From Candidatus Moraniibacteriota bacterium (GTDB taxonomy: Bacteria; Patescibacteriota; Minisyncoccia; Moranbacterales; UBA2206), in contig JAPLXF010000058.1 in the NCBI GenBank assembly GCA_026396205.1, positions 1 through 39,207 of the forward strand: 39,207 nucleotides of DNA. The letters run 5' to 3'. Positions 1 through 9,211 of the stretch are shown piece by piece. The first letter of the stretch is position 1, and each line of letters begins with the position of its first letter. The notes below the pieces were generated by a model. The model made no database searches and was not told the DNA's origin. It saw only the letters and a list, made by a program, of their open reading frames with translations. A program made the translations under genes and the position numbers.

Positions 1-61
1 AAAGCCCGGCCGGCCCGGCGCCGATAATAATCAAATCAAAAAAATCTTTTTTAGCCATAAG

Positions 62-1210
62 TTAGCTCTTTATCGGCATTACGATGTAGACAAAATCGTC
101 CAGCACCTCGCCTTTTTGTTCATCGATTTCCTTGAGCGCCACCGGAGAAGTCCCGCTGTTGATTAAAAGGGCTATTTGGGAAGTAGCCATCACCGATAAG
201 CCGTCTAGAAGATATTTGGCGTTCAGAACCACTTCTTGGGATGGCCCCTGAATGTCGCCTTTGAGTTCTGAGGTGTTTTCACCCACTTCAACGCTTTTAG
301 CCTCGATAGTTATCAGCCCGCTCTCCTGTGAAGTTTTAACGGCAATCTCGCTGGTTTTTCCGGAAGTGAAAATAATAGCCATGCGGACTGCGCTTTGGAT
401 TTTTTCTTTGGAAACCACCGCTCGAGTTTGATAGTTTTTGGGCAAAATATGCTTGTATTCCGGGTATTTGCCGTTAATCAGGCGCGAAACTATTTTCGTG
501 CCATCTACCTCAAAAAAGATTTGTCCTTCTTCGATGGAGATTTTTACCTGGCTTTCCTCTTCACTGGGGATGATTCGGTTTAATTCCAGTAAAGTAGTCG
601 CAGGGATAATTACGCTTTCTTGTTTTTCAATTAAAGTTTTATAGAGATCTTTGGTTTTTTCCAAAGAAACTCGGTTTTCTGAAAGGCGAAAGCTGTCCGT
701 AGAGGCGAAGAAGAGTTCTTTTTCCTTTAAAATAAGATTAACTCCCGTTAATTCCGGCCGCGTTTCATTAATGGCTACCGAAGAAGATATTTTGGAAATA
801 ACCGCCTTAAGGGTTTCTCCAGACAGAGCAAGTTGAAAATCAACTTCTCTTTGGGGAATAAGCGGAAAATCAGAAGCGGGCAATCCCTTAATGACCGCCT
901 TTACCGATCCACTTTTTATTTTCAGATTTTGGTCGGCCGTCTCTAAAATTATATTTTCTCCCGGAGGCAGTGACCCAATAAAACTGCTGATTAATCTGGC
1001 CGGAATGGTAATTTTTCCGTCTTTTTCCACTTTGGCTCCAATCTTAGTTACCACGCCAATCTCCAAATTGGTGGCAGAGAGTTTTAAACCTCCTTTATCC
1101 GCTTCAAAAAGGATATTATTTAATATAGGTAAGGTGGTTTGCTTGGAAACTACTCGCTCGGTATTAAAAATAGCTTTTTTAAAATTTTCTTGGGTGCAAG
1201 TTATTTTCAT
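62..1210 (-). CDS. dnaN: DNA polymerase III beta sliding clamp
   Basis: 382 aa with ATNLEIG, ASTDSFRL, SRLINGKYPEY and C-terminal YIVMPI motifs; lies directly downstream of dnaA. Confidence 0.97.
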   Translation of the reverse strand: MKITCTQENFKKAIFNTERVVSKQTTLPILNNILFEADKGGLKLSATNLEIGVVTKIGAKVEKDGKITIPARLISSFIGSLPPGENIILETADQNLKIKSGSVKAVIKGLPASDFPLIPQREVDFQLALSGETLKAVISKISSSVAINETRPELTGVNLILKEKELFFASTDSFRLSENRVSLEKTKDLYKTLIEKQESVIIPATTLLELNRIIPSEEESQVKISIEEGQIFFEVDGTKIVSRLINGKYPEYKHILPKNYQTRAVVSKEKIQSAVRMAIIFTSGKTSEIAVKTSQESGLITIEAKSVEVGENTSELKGDIQGPSQEVVLNAKYLLDGLSVMATSQIALLINSGTSPVALKEIDEQKGEVLDDFVYIVMPIKS

Positions 1211-1468
1211 AAATTTATAATTAAATTATATTTATAAGTTTATTAATATATTTAGATAAATTAAATTTCTGTGGATAAGGTTATTTTTTGGCTTAAATAA
1301 GCTAAAATTTCAGTGGATAAAATAGGGATAACTCATAATTGGGGCTGTTGGGTTTTTAGTTAAAAAATAAATTATTTTTAAAATGGTTTTTATAACCCCC
1401 CACAACAACTGCACTTTCCACAACTTTCATAAGAGTTAAAAAGTAGCTTGTTAACAGTTAATCCACTC
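1211..1468. other. Probable chromosomal replication origin (oriC)
   Basis: dnaA-dnaN intergenic region. Very AT-rich tract 1211-1269 abuts a perfect DnaA box TGTGGATAA (1270-1278). Near-matches: AGTGGATAA 1312-1320, TAGGGATAA 1323-1331, CTTTCCACA 1414-1422, TAATCCACT 1459-1467. Confidence 0.85.
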
Positions 1469-2830
1469 TTAATTTATGGAATAAAGCCTTTCCTTGAGAA
1501 CGGCGATATCTTCGGATAACTTTTTATCAACTTCCAATTCTTTGGTAATTTTTTCAAAAGCGTGAATGGCGGTGGTATGGTCGCGTCCGCCCAGCCTTTC
1601 GCCGATGCCCGGATAAGAATAATTAAGTTCGCTGCGCATTAAAAACATGGCAATTTGCCGCGGCTTAACCACTTCCTTTTTTCTGCCCTTAACCAATAAA
1701 TCTTCCTGTTCAATATCATAAAATTCTGAAACCACCCTGATAATGTGTTTATGGGTAATGCCTTTTCTTTTGCCGCTGGAAACCAAGTCGGCTAAGGCGG
1801 AAAGAGCAAAATCGCCAGTGATCTCCTGGTTGGAAAGCTGGGCCGTGGCCTCCAGCCGATTGAGCGCGCCTTCCAGCTCCCGAATGTTGGCTGTGATGTT
1901 GGTCGCGATAAATTCCAAGGCTTCTTCGTCGATTTGAATGCCTTCTTCCAGCGCTTTGCGGCGCAAAATAGCCAAGCGGGTTTCATAATCCGGCCGGGAA
2001 ACATCGGCAATCATGCCTCCTTCAAAGCGCGATCGGAGCCTTTCTTCCAATGTAGGAATGGCTTTCGGCGGGCGATCGCTGCTTAAAACAATCTGCTTGT
2101 TAAGTTGGTAAAGATAATTGAAAATATGAAAAAATTCTTCTTGAGTTTTTTCTTTGCCGGAAAGAAATTGAATATCATCAATAATAAGTAAATCAAAAGT
2201 CTGATAAAATTCCTTAAAGGCGTTTATTTTTCCCGATTGAAGAGCAACAATCAAATCATTGGTAAACCGTTCGGAAGTTAAATAGCGCACTTTCAATCCG
2301 GAATCGCGTCGTAAAATTTCATTGCCGATTGATTGCAAGAGATGGGTTTTGCCCAGCCCCACTCCGCCATAAATGAAAAGCGGATTATAAAGCCGGCCCA
2401 AGCTTTGGGAAACGGCGAAACAAGCGGCGCGGGCCAGTTCATTGCTGCTACCAACCACAAAACTTTCAAAAGTGTAGCGGGGGTTTAAGTTGCTTTCTTG
2501 GCTTATTTTGGCTTGTTTCTGGGAAAGTTGGGTTTTCGGATGAGAAATGGCGTCTACGATCGGCTTGTGCAAGCCCCGTTCCTGAGTGGCGGTAATGGTG
2601 CAGACTACTTCTCTAATTTCATTGTGCAAATTACGCAGCGCCCGCAGAATATAAAGTTTGTATTTATTTTCCAGCCACTCCTTGGCAAATCCATTGGGGA
2701 CGCTGATAACTACCTGTCCATCTTTAATGGATAAAATAGAAGTGTTTTTGAACCAAGTAATAAAATTAGCCTTGGAAATAGAAAGCTCTATTTCTCCCAG
2801 AGCGGCTTGCCAAAGTTCTTCGTTAGTCAT
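1469..2830 (-). CDS. dnaA: Chromosomal replication initiator DnaA
   Basis: Contains YNPLFIYGGVGLGKTHL (Walker A), LLIIDDIQ, NIRELEGAL and GGRDHTT. Start placed at MTNEELWQ (2830) rather than the ORF-track start 2959. Confidence 0.97.
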   Translation of the reverse strand: MTNEELWQAALGEIELSISKANFITWFKNTSILSIKDGQVVISVPNGFAKEWLENKYKLYILRALRNLHNEIREVVCTITATQERGLHKPIVDAISHPKTQLSQKQAKISQESNLNPRYTFESFVVGSSNELARAACFAVSQSLGRLYNPLFIYGGVGLGKTHLLQSIGNEILRRDSGLKVRYLTSERFTNDLIVALQSGKINAFKEFYQTFDLLIIDDIQFLSGKEKTQEEFFHIFNYLYQLNKQIVLSSDRPPKAIPTLEERLRSRFEGGMIADVSRPDYETRLAILRRKALEEGIQIDEEALEFIATNITANIRELEGALNRLEATAQLSNQEITGDFALSALADLVSSGKRKGITHKHIIRVVSEFYDIEQEDLLVKGRKKEVVKPRQIAMFLMRSELNYSYPGIGERLGGRDHTTAIHAFEKITKELEVDKKLSEDIAVLKERLYSIN

Positions 2831-2908
2831 AAATAATAATAGAAATAATTGCGCTTTGAAAGTATAGCACAAAGCCAAAAAAGAAAAGGCAGAGAAAGCT
2901 GGAGAACT

Positions 2909-2928
2909 TGTTGATAAATTGTGGATCT
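2909..2928 (-). promoter_or_regulatory. DnaA-box-like sites upstream of dnaA
   Basis: TGTTGATAA (2909-2917, 1 mismatch) and TGTGGATCT (2920-2928, 2 mismatches). Confidence 0.55.
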
Positions 2929-2976
2929 CTGTATTAAGATTATATACTACACCTGCCATGAGTACGCAAGCGGCAA

Positions 2977-3005
2977 TTGACTTTTAGCTCTCCCGTTGGT
3001 AAGAT
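2977..3005 (+). promoter_or_regulatory. Sigma70-type promoter for the rpmH operon
   Basis: TTGACT (2977-2982), 17-bp spacer, then TAAGAT (3000-3005) with an upstream TG. Confidence 0.7.
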
Positions 3006-3040
3006 TTTAAATAGTAATTTAAACAGCTAACCAGAAAACT

Positions 3041-3178
3041 ATGAGTCAAACCTATAAGCCTAAGCGTCTGCGCCGCAAGCGCCGGCATGGCTTTTTAAAG
3101 CGAAAAAGAACCAGCAACGGCAGAAATGTGCTGGCTCGGCGGAGAAAAAAAGGCCGAAGGAATCTAACGACCGTTTAA
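3041..3178 (+). CDS. rpmH: 50S ribosomal protein L34
   Basis: Not in the ORF track. Manual translation gives [45 protein letters not shown] (45 aa); canonical position. Confidence 0.96.
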   Translation: MSQTYKPKRLRRKRRHGFLKRKRTSNGRNVLARRRKKGRRNLTTV

Positions 3179-3180
3179 CT

Positions 3181-3528
3181 ATGCTCCCGTTCAATAATCG
3201 ACTAACCAAAAGAAAAGATTTTGCGCCCGTCCAGCGGCGCGGGCAGTTTTTTGCGCATGAGAATGTTATGCTGAAAATGGCAGCTAACGGAAAAGAGGAA
3301 AGCCGCATCGGCTTTATTGTTGGCATGGCCTTTTCCAAGTTGGCGGTTAAAAGAAATCAAACCAAGCGCCAGTTGAGGGAAATAATCCGCGGCCGGCTTA
3401 AAGAAATTAAAAAAGGCTTGGACATTGTGATTACCGTTCGCAAAAGACCGGACGAACGAGTGGATGCGAAAAAGCTAGCGGCGGATATCGAAATCGTGCT
3501 GAAAAAAAGCGGTTTAATTAAAATTTAA
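3181..3528 (+). CDS. rnpA: Ribonuclease P protein component
   Basis: RL..RKDF, RIGFIV and AVKRNQTKRQLRE motifs; follows rpmH. Confidence 0.95.
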   Translation: MLPFNNRLTKRKDFAPVQRRGQFFAHENVMLKMAANGKEESRIGFIVGMAFSKLAVKRNQTKRQLREIIRGRLKEIKKGLDIVITVRKRPDERVDAKKLAADIEIVLKKSGLIKI

Positions 3529-3539
3529 AAATAAAAAAA

Positions 3540-4307
3540 ATGGGATTTATTTTTAACGAGTTTGTTTATTACCCGATTTACAATTTGCTTATTTTTACCT
3601 ATAATATTTTGCCTTGGGCGGATTTCGGCGTGGCGATTATTGTTGTTACTATCGTCATAAAAATGCTGTTGATTCCGGTGAGCAAAAAACAAATTGAATC
3701 CCAGAAAAAAATGACGGAGCTGCAGCCGAAAATAAAAGAAATGCAACAGAAATACAAAAACGATAAAGAAAAGCAAAGCCGGGCGCTGATGGATCTTTAT
3801 AAAGAACATAAAACCAATCCTTTTTCCGGCTGTCTGCCGATGATTGTCCAGCTGGTTTTCCTAATTGCCATTTACCGGGTGCTGTTTAATATTTCCAAAA
3901 CCGGCTTAATGATTGATGGCACCGGTCTTTATGCTTTTGTTAAAAATCCCGGACAAATTAATCCGAATTTTTTGGGAATTATTGATTTGTCATCAGCTTT
4001 GAAAATTACCAGCTTGGCTATTAAAGATGTCCCCCATCTAATATTGGTGGCGCTGGCGGCTTTTTCCCAATATGTCCAAAGCAAAATGATGATGGCCAAA
4101 AAGGAAAAAGAAACGCCCAAAACGGAAAATAGTAAGGAAGATTTCGCGCAAATTATGTCCAAGCAAATGCTTTTTCTCGGACCACTGCTGACGCTTTATA
4201 TCGGCATCCAATTCCCCGCCGGGCTGGCGCTTTACTGGCTGGTTTCCACGGTCTTTATGATTGTCCAGCAATACCAATTGGGAAAAGAAATTAAAAAAAC
4301 TGCTTAA
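3540..4307 (+). CDS. yidC: Membrane protein insertase YidC (short type)
   Basis: LQPKIKEMQQKYK, NPFSGCLPMIVQ and FPAGLALYW motifs. Confidence 0.95.
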   Translation: MGFIFNEFVYYPIYNLLIFTYNILPWADFGVAIIVVTIVIKMLLIPVSKKQIESQKKMTELQPKIKEMQQKYKNDKEKQSRALMDLYKEHKTNPFSGCLPMIVQLVFLIAIYRVLFNISKTGLMIDGTGLYAFVKNPGQINPNFLGIIDLSSALKITSLAIKDVPHLILVALAAFSQYVQSKMMMAKKEKETPKTENSKEDFAQIMSKQMLFLGPLLTLYIGIQFPAGLALYWLVSTVFMIVQQYQLGKEIKKTA

Positions 4308-4316
4308 TAAAAATTT

Positions 4317-4787
4317 ATGGAAGCTATCGAAAAAACAATTCAGGAAATAGTGCAAAATATCGTTGAAGCTATGGGCTTTCCATGTCAAGTGGAAATAAAA
4401 AACCAAACGCTTAACGGTGCGGAGACCTTGGTTTTCAATATTATTACCCCGGAACCCAGCTTTTTAATCGGCCAATACGGAATTAATCTGCAATCCCTCC
4501 AGCATCTGTTGCGGATCTTGGTCAAACATAAAACCGATCAAAAAATCGGGTTCATTATCGATGCGAATTCCTATCGGGAAGAAAAAAACAGCTCGCTGGA
4601 AAGGCTGGCTAGAAGCTTGGCGGAAGAAGCAGTGCGGGAAAATAGAGAAATTATTCTGCGCCCCATGTCTTCCTATGAACGGAGAATCGTGCATATGGAA
4701 TTGGTTAAAAATACCGAAGTGGTGACGGAAAGTATCGGCGAAAATGACGATCGACGAGTAGTAATTAAACCAGCAAGACTGGTTTAA
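4317..4787 (+). CDS. jag: Jag/KhpB (EloR) RNA-binding protein, KH + R3H, short form
   Basis: LIGQYGINLQSLQ (KH), PMSSYERRIVHMEL (R3H) and TESIGE..DRRVVI; follows yidC. Confidence 0.9.
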   Translation: MEAIEKTIQEIVQNIVEAMGFPCQVEIKNQTLNGAETLVFNIITPEPSFLIGQYGINLQSLQHLLRILVKHKTDQKIGFIIDANSYREEKNSSLERLARSLAEEAVRENREIILRPMSSYERRIVHMELVKNTEVVTESIGENDDRRVVIKPARLV

Positions 4788-4788
4788 A

Positions 4789-4870
4789 ATTTCCAAATAT
4801 TTAAAATATTTTTAGAAATTAGAAATTGCCAGTAAAGCCCCGTGGGCCACTGGCCTTTACGGGGGAAATT
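4789..4870. repeat. Heptamer array (TTAGAAA) interrupted by a GC-rich hairpin
   Basis: CCCCGT-G-GGCCACTGGCC-TTT-ACGGGG at 4838-4864 within ttagaaa-type units. Confidence 0.7.
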
Positions 4871-4877
4871 CCAAGAT

Positions 4878-6320
4878 ATGGCTATTGCCAGAAAAATCGC
4901 CTATAACGTTTTTATCAGCAGCACCGCCAAAGTGCTGTCTACGATTTTGGCTTTGGTTTCCATCGGCTTTATTACCCGCTATTTGGGCAAGGAAGGTTTT
5001 GGCAATTACGCGACCGTGCTGGCTTTTTTCTCCTTTTTTACTGCCTTTTCCGATCTGGGGCTGTATCATATTTCTACGCGGGAAATTTCCCGCATTGGCG
5101 CTGCCGAGGAGAAAATTATGGGCAATATTTTTTCGCTGCGGATAATTTCTTCGCTGCTGATGCTGATAATTGCTCCCTTTTTATTGCTCGTTTTTTCTTA
5201 TCCGCCGGAAGTGGAGCGTGGAATTATAATTGCCGCCGCCGCCTTTCTTTTTTCCTCCGGCTACCAGGTGCTGAACGGCGTTTTTCAGAAAAATTTGGCG
5301 ATGGACAAAGTAGCCATCAGCGAACTGATCGGCAAAGTCATTCAAGTAGCGGTGGTCGTGGCCGCGGTGAAGCTTAATCTGGGCTTTGACTGGATTATGT
5401 CTTCCCTGCTTTTCTACATGGTTGTTACCTTTTCCATCGTGTTTATTTGGTCGCGAAAATATACCCGCTTTAAAATGCATTTTGATTTTGCCTATTGGAA
5501 AGAATTTCTCAAGGAATCCATCCCGATGGGCATCGCCACCATTATCACTTTTCTCTATTTTAAAATGGATACCATTTTGCTTTCGGTTATGCGCGGCAGC
5601 GCCGATGTAGGGATTTACAATGCCGCCTATAAGGTGCTGGAGAATATCACTTTTTTTCCGGCCATGGTGGCCGGACTGGTTATGCCCATTATGTCCGCCA
5701 GTATTTTTGCCAACCGAAAAAATTTCGAGGAAATTTCCAATAAGACCTTTAAATTTTTTGTTATTTTAATCGTGCCGATAGTTGTCGGCACCCTGTTTCT
5801 GGCCGAAGGCATAATCAATCTGATCGGCGGAGCCGGCTTTGCCGAATCGGCCAATATCCTGCGCATCATTATGTTTTCCTTGGCCTTTATCTTTTTTGGC
5901 AATTTTTTCAATACCATTTTAATCGTCGGAAATTTGCAGAAAAAACTGATGTTCGTTCTGGCTTTGGCGGCCATAATTAACATCAGCCTTAATCTGATTT
6001 TTATTCCCCGGTTTTCCTATACGGCCGCTGCTTATGTTTCGGTAATTACCGAAATGGCCGTAGTGGCCCTAACTGCCTATCTGGTAATTAAAAAAATCAA
6101 ATATATTCCCAAGCTGGAGAAAATTCCCGGAGTGCTGATGGGCGGACTTTTTATGGCGGCCTTTCTCTATGTTTTCCGGGAATTTAATTTTTTCTTTTTG
6201 GCGCTGGGCAGCGCGGCGGTCTATTTTCTGCTTCTCTGGGCATTTAGAGTTATCCAAACCTCGGAAATTATAAGCCTTATCAGCAAGAAAGGAGTGGAAG
6301 AATATGAAACACTGCCCTAA
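4878..6320 (+). CDS. Wzx-like polysaccharide flippase (MOP superfamily)
   Basis: Multi-TM protein with ITRYLGKEGFGNY, DLGL...STREIS and MDTILLS...VGIYNAAYK; start moved to MAIARK. Confidence 0.9.
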   Translation: MAIARKIAYNVFISSTAKVLSTILALVSIGFITRYLGKEGFGNYATVLAFFSFFTAFSDLGLYHISTREISRIGAAEEKIMGNIFSLRIISSLLMLIIAPFLLLVFSYPPEVERGIIIAAAAFLFSSGYQVLNGVFQKNLAMDKVAISELIGKVIQVAVVVAAVKLNLGFDWIMSSLLFYMVVTFSIVFIWSRKYTRFKMHFDFAYWKEFLKESIPMGIATIITFLYFKMDTILLSVMRGSADVGIYNAAYKVLENITFFPAMVAGLVMPIMSASIFANRKNFEEISNKTFKFFVILIVPIVVGTLFLAEGIINLIGGAGFAESANILRIIMFSLAFIFFGNFFNTILIVGNLQKKLMFVLALAAIINISLNLIFIPRFSYTAAAYVSVITEMAVVALTAYLVIKKIKYIPKLEKIPGVLMGGLFMAAFLYVFREFNFFFLALGSAAVYFLLLWAFRVIQTSEIISLISKKGVEEYETLP

Positions 6321-7170
6321 AGTCTTTACTATTATTCTTAATTATAACGGGAAGCAAGTAATAAAACCCTGCCTTTCCAGTGTTTTTAAAATTGATTATC
6401 CCAACTTTGAGGTGGTGGTAGTGGATAATAATTCTAAAGACGGCTCTTTGGAAATGGCCAAATCCGATTTTTCCAAAGCCCATTTTATCCAGAACCTGGA
6501 AAATTTGGGATTCGCGTCCGGCAATAATGTAGGTATCCGCTTTGCGCTGGAACGGACAGCCGAATATATTTTATTGCTGAACAACGACACGGAAGTCGAA
6601 AAAGATTTTTTAAAAAATTTAATCGAAGCGGCGGAGCTGGATAAAAACGCCGGCCTTTTAAGCCCGGTGATTTTTAATAAAATAAACCATAAAATCTGGT
6701 TTTCCGGAGGAAGAATTGACTGGCTTAGGATGCGCACCGAGCACTTTTTCAATTCGCGCACCGAAGATTCTTACGCTACGGGCTATGTCAGCGGCTGTGC
6801 CATGCTGGTGAAAGCCGAAGTTTTCAAGAAAATCGGGCTGCTGGACGAAGATTATTTTCTCTACTGGGAAGACGCCGATTTTAGCTGGCGGGCGCGCCAA
6901 GCCGGTTTTAAAAACAGGGTAGTTTCCTCCAGCTGGGCTTATCATACAGAGCAAAGCGCTGACAAAAAAGAACCCAAAATTTATTGGCTGGTGGTTTCCG
7001 GATTGATTTTTTTCAAAAAAAACACTCCTTTGTTTCTGCGGCCTTGGATAATTGGCTACACTCTTTTGCGAAGATTAAAAAATCAAATAGATGTTATTTT
7101 CCGGCGCGATCAGACGGTGCTGGCGGTAAAAAAGGCTTATCAAGATTTTTCCCATGCCAAATTTTTCTAA
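6304..7170 (+). CDS. Glycosyltransferase family 2
   Basis: IILNYNG, VVVDNNSKD, NLGFASGNN, LLNNDT and YWEDADFS motifs. Confidence 0.92.
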   Translation: MKHCPKVFTIILNYNGKQVIKPCLSSVFKIDYPNFEVVVVDNNSKDGSLEMAKSDFSKAHFIQNLENLGFASGNNVGIRFALERTAEYILLLNNDTEVEKDFLKNLIEAAELDKNAGLLSPVIFNKINHKIWFSGGRIDWLRMRTEHFFNSRTEDSYATGYVSGCAMLVKAEVFKKIGLLDEDYFLYWEDADFSWRARQAGFKNRVVSSSWAYHTEQSADKKEPKIYWLVVSGLIFFKKNTPLFLRPWIIGYTLLRRLKNQIDVIFRRDQTVLAVKKAYQDFSHAKFF

Positions 7171-7945
7171 AAAACTTTCAGTTGTTATTGTCAACTTCAA
7201 TAGCGCAGACTATCTGGAGAGATGTTTGGCGTCTGTTTTTAAAAATGTCACCAATTGTCCCGACTCTGAAGTGTTGGTGATTGATAATTCCGATGAATTA
7301 AGTTTGGAAAAACTTAGCCGGCCATATAAAATAAGCTTAATTAAGCCGGAAAAAAATATCGGTTTTGGTTCGGCGGCTAATTTAGGCGCACGAAATACCC
7401 ATGGCGAAATTTTGCTATTTTTAAATCCGGACACGGAAGTGCCGCCGGATTTTTTTTCCAAAGCGCTGGCGATTTTCCAAAAGCGGCCGGATATCGCCGT
7501 GCTGGGCCCGAAAATATTGGACGAAAACGGGAAAACTCAAGAATGGTCAGTGGGCCGGGAAGTCAATTTCTGGGATTTAATCGGCAATAATTTGGGCTTT
7601 ATCCGCAGCCAAAAAATTTGGGCCAGCGGCAAAAATCAAAAAGTGGATTGGGTGAGCGGAGCTTCCTTATTTATCCGCCGGGAGGCTTTTGATTCTGTCG
7701 GCGGATTTGATGAAAATTTATTTCTCTATTTTGAGGATATTGATCTTTGCCGGAGAGTCAGGCGAAAAAAAGGCAAAGTCGCCTATTTTCCCAGAATTTC
7801 AGTGAGGCATAAAGGCGGCCGGAGCTTTTCCAGCCGGGAAGCGCAAAAAAAATATTATTATACTTCGCAAGACCACTATTTTAAAAAGCACTTCGGCGCC
7901 AGAATAGCTTCTTGGGTGCGCTTCTTGCGGAAGTCTTTCGGATAG
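7154..7945 (+). CDS. Glycosyltransferase family 2
   Basis: VIVNFNS, NIGFGSAAN, LFLNPDT and GGFDENLFLYFEDIDLC motifs. Confidence 0.92.
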   Translation: MPNFSKKLSVVIVNFNSADYLERCLASVFKNVTNCPDSEVLVIDNSDELSLEKLSRPYKISLIKPEKNIGFGSAANLGARNTHGEILLFLNPDTEVPPDFFSKALAIFQKRPDIAVLGPKILDENGKTQEWSVGREVNFWDLIGNNLGFIRSQKIWASGKNQKVDWVSGASLFIRREAFDSVGGFDENLFLYFEDIDLCRRVRRKKGKVAYFPRISVRHKGGRSFSSREAQKKYYYTSQDHYFKKHFGARIASWVRFLRKSFG

Positions 7946-7951
7946 TGTTAT

Positions 7952-9211
7952 ATGGTAGATATGTTCAAATGGCTGATTATACTGGCAATCTATCTGCCCT
8001 TCCAATTGGCGCTCAATCCCGGTGCAGGCGTTGATTTGGCGTCCCTGCGGGTTTTAATACCTCTTTTTTTTCTTGTTTGGCTGGCGCAAGGATTGTTGAG
8101 AAAAAAAATTAGTTTGCCCAGAAATATCCAGACGATTTTAATTTTATCTTTTCTTTTTTTAAATGCCCTGTCTATTTTAGTTTCCCGCAATACCGATTGG
8201 TCAATCCGAAAACTACTTTTTCTTTTTTCGCTTTTCCCCGTTTATTTTGTAGCCGGCGCGGTAATCAATTCCAAAGAAAAAGCGGAAAAAATAATCCAAG
8301 CGCTAATTGACAGCGGAATGGTCGTGGCGCTTATGGGAATTATTCAATTTTCTCTCCAATTTATAATCGGCTGGGAAAAAATATATCAATTCTGGTCGGA
8401 TTATTTAGTTATCCCATTTTTAGGACGCAGTTTTGGCACGGCGGTCTTGAAAAATCCCAGCTGGCTGGTGAATATCTCCGGCCAGACCATTTTGCGGGCG
8501 ACGGCGGTTTTCCCCGACCCGCATATGTTTTCTTTTTATCTGGGATTATTAATTCCTCTGGCTTTGGGAATGTTTCTGGCGAGAAAAAAAGCGTGGTTAC
8601 TCGCCGGATTTATTTTGATGCTGGCGGCGGATATTTTGACCTTTTCCCGCGGCGGCTATTTGGGTTTAGCGGCCGGCTTTATTTTTTTGATAGTTCTTTT
8701 TTGGAAGAAAATAAGTAAAAATTATAAAATAGCGGTAATTATTAGCGCCAGCCTGATTTTTCTCGGAGTAATAATTCCCAACCCCGTTTCCAATCGGTTT
8801 TTCTCCAGCTTTAATCTCAAAGAAGGTTCCAACCAAGGCCGACTAAAAATGTGGAAAGCAGCCGAAACAGTAATTTTAGATAATCCTCTTTTGGGCGTTG
8901 GCATCGGCAACTATCCCTTGGAAGTAAAACCCAGCGCCGACTATCGGGAGCCGATATATGCCCACAATACCTATTTGGATATTGCCGCCGAAAGCGGAAT
9001 AATCAATGGCGCAATTTGGATAGGATTGCTTTTATCGACTATAATAAGTTTTTGGCGCCGAAAAGATATGATTTTTTCAATGATGGCTGTCGGTTTGATT
9101 ATTTTTTCCGTTCATTCGCTGGTGGAAACCGGAATTTATTCGCCGACAGTTTTAACATTGCTCTTAATTTTAATCAGCTTCAGCGCAATTAAAAATGAAA
9201 AAGCGGCTTAA
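7952..9211 (+). CDS. O-antigen ligase-like (Wzy_C) membrane protein
   Basis: Multi-TM; RATAVFPDPH, TFSRGG, SNQGRLKMW, PLLGVGIGNY and AHNTYL. Confidence 0.88.
   Translation: MVDMFKWLIILAIYLPFQLALNPGAGVDLASLRVLIPLFFLVWLAQGLLRKKISLPRNIQTILILSFLFLNALSILVSRNTDWSIRKLLFLFSLFPVYFVAGAVINSKEKAEKIIQALIDSGMVVALMGIIQFSLQFIIGWEKIYQFWSDYLVIPFLGRSFGTAVLKNPSWLVNISGQTILRATAVFPDPHMFSFYLGLLIPLALGMFLARKKAWLLAGFILMLAADILTFSRGGYLGLAAGFIFLIVLFWKKISKNYKIAVIISASLIFLGVIIPNPVSNRFFSSFNLKEGSNQGRLKMWKAAETVILDNPLLGVGIGNYPLEVKPSADYREPIYAHNTYLDIAAESGIINGAIWIGLLLSTIISFWRRKDMIFSMMAVGLIIFSVHSLVETGIYSPTVLTLLLILISFSAIKNEKAA

Noticed and set aside
2831..2959. N-terminal extension of DnaA in the ORF track
   Set aside because: Not DnaA-like and overlaps DnaA boxes and the promoter region; MTNEELWQ matches the normal start.
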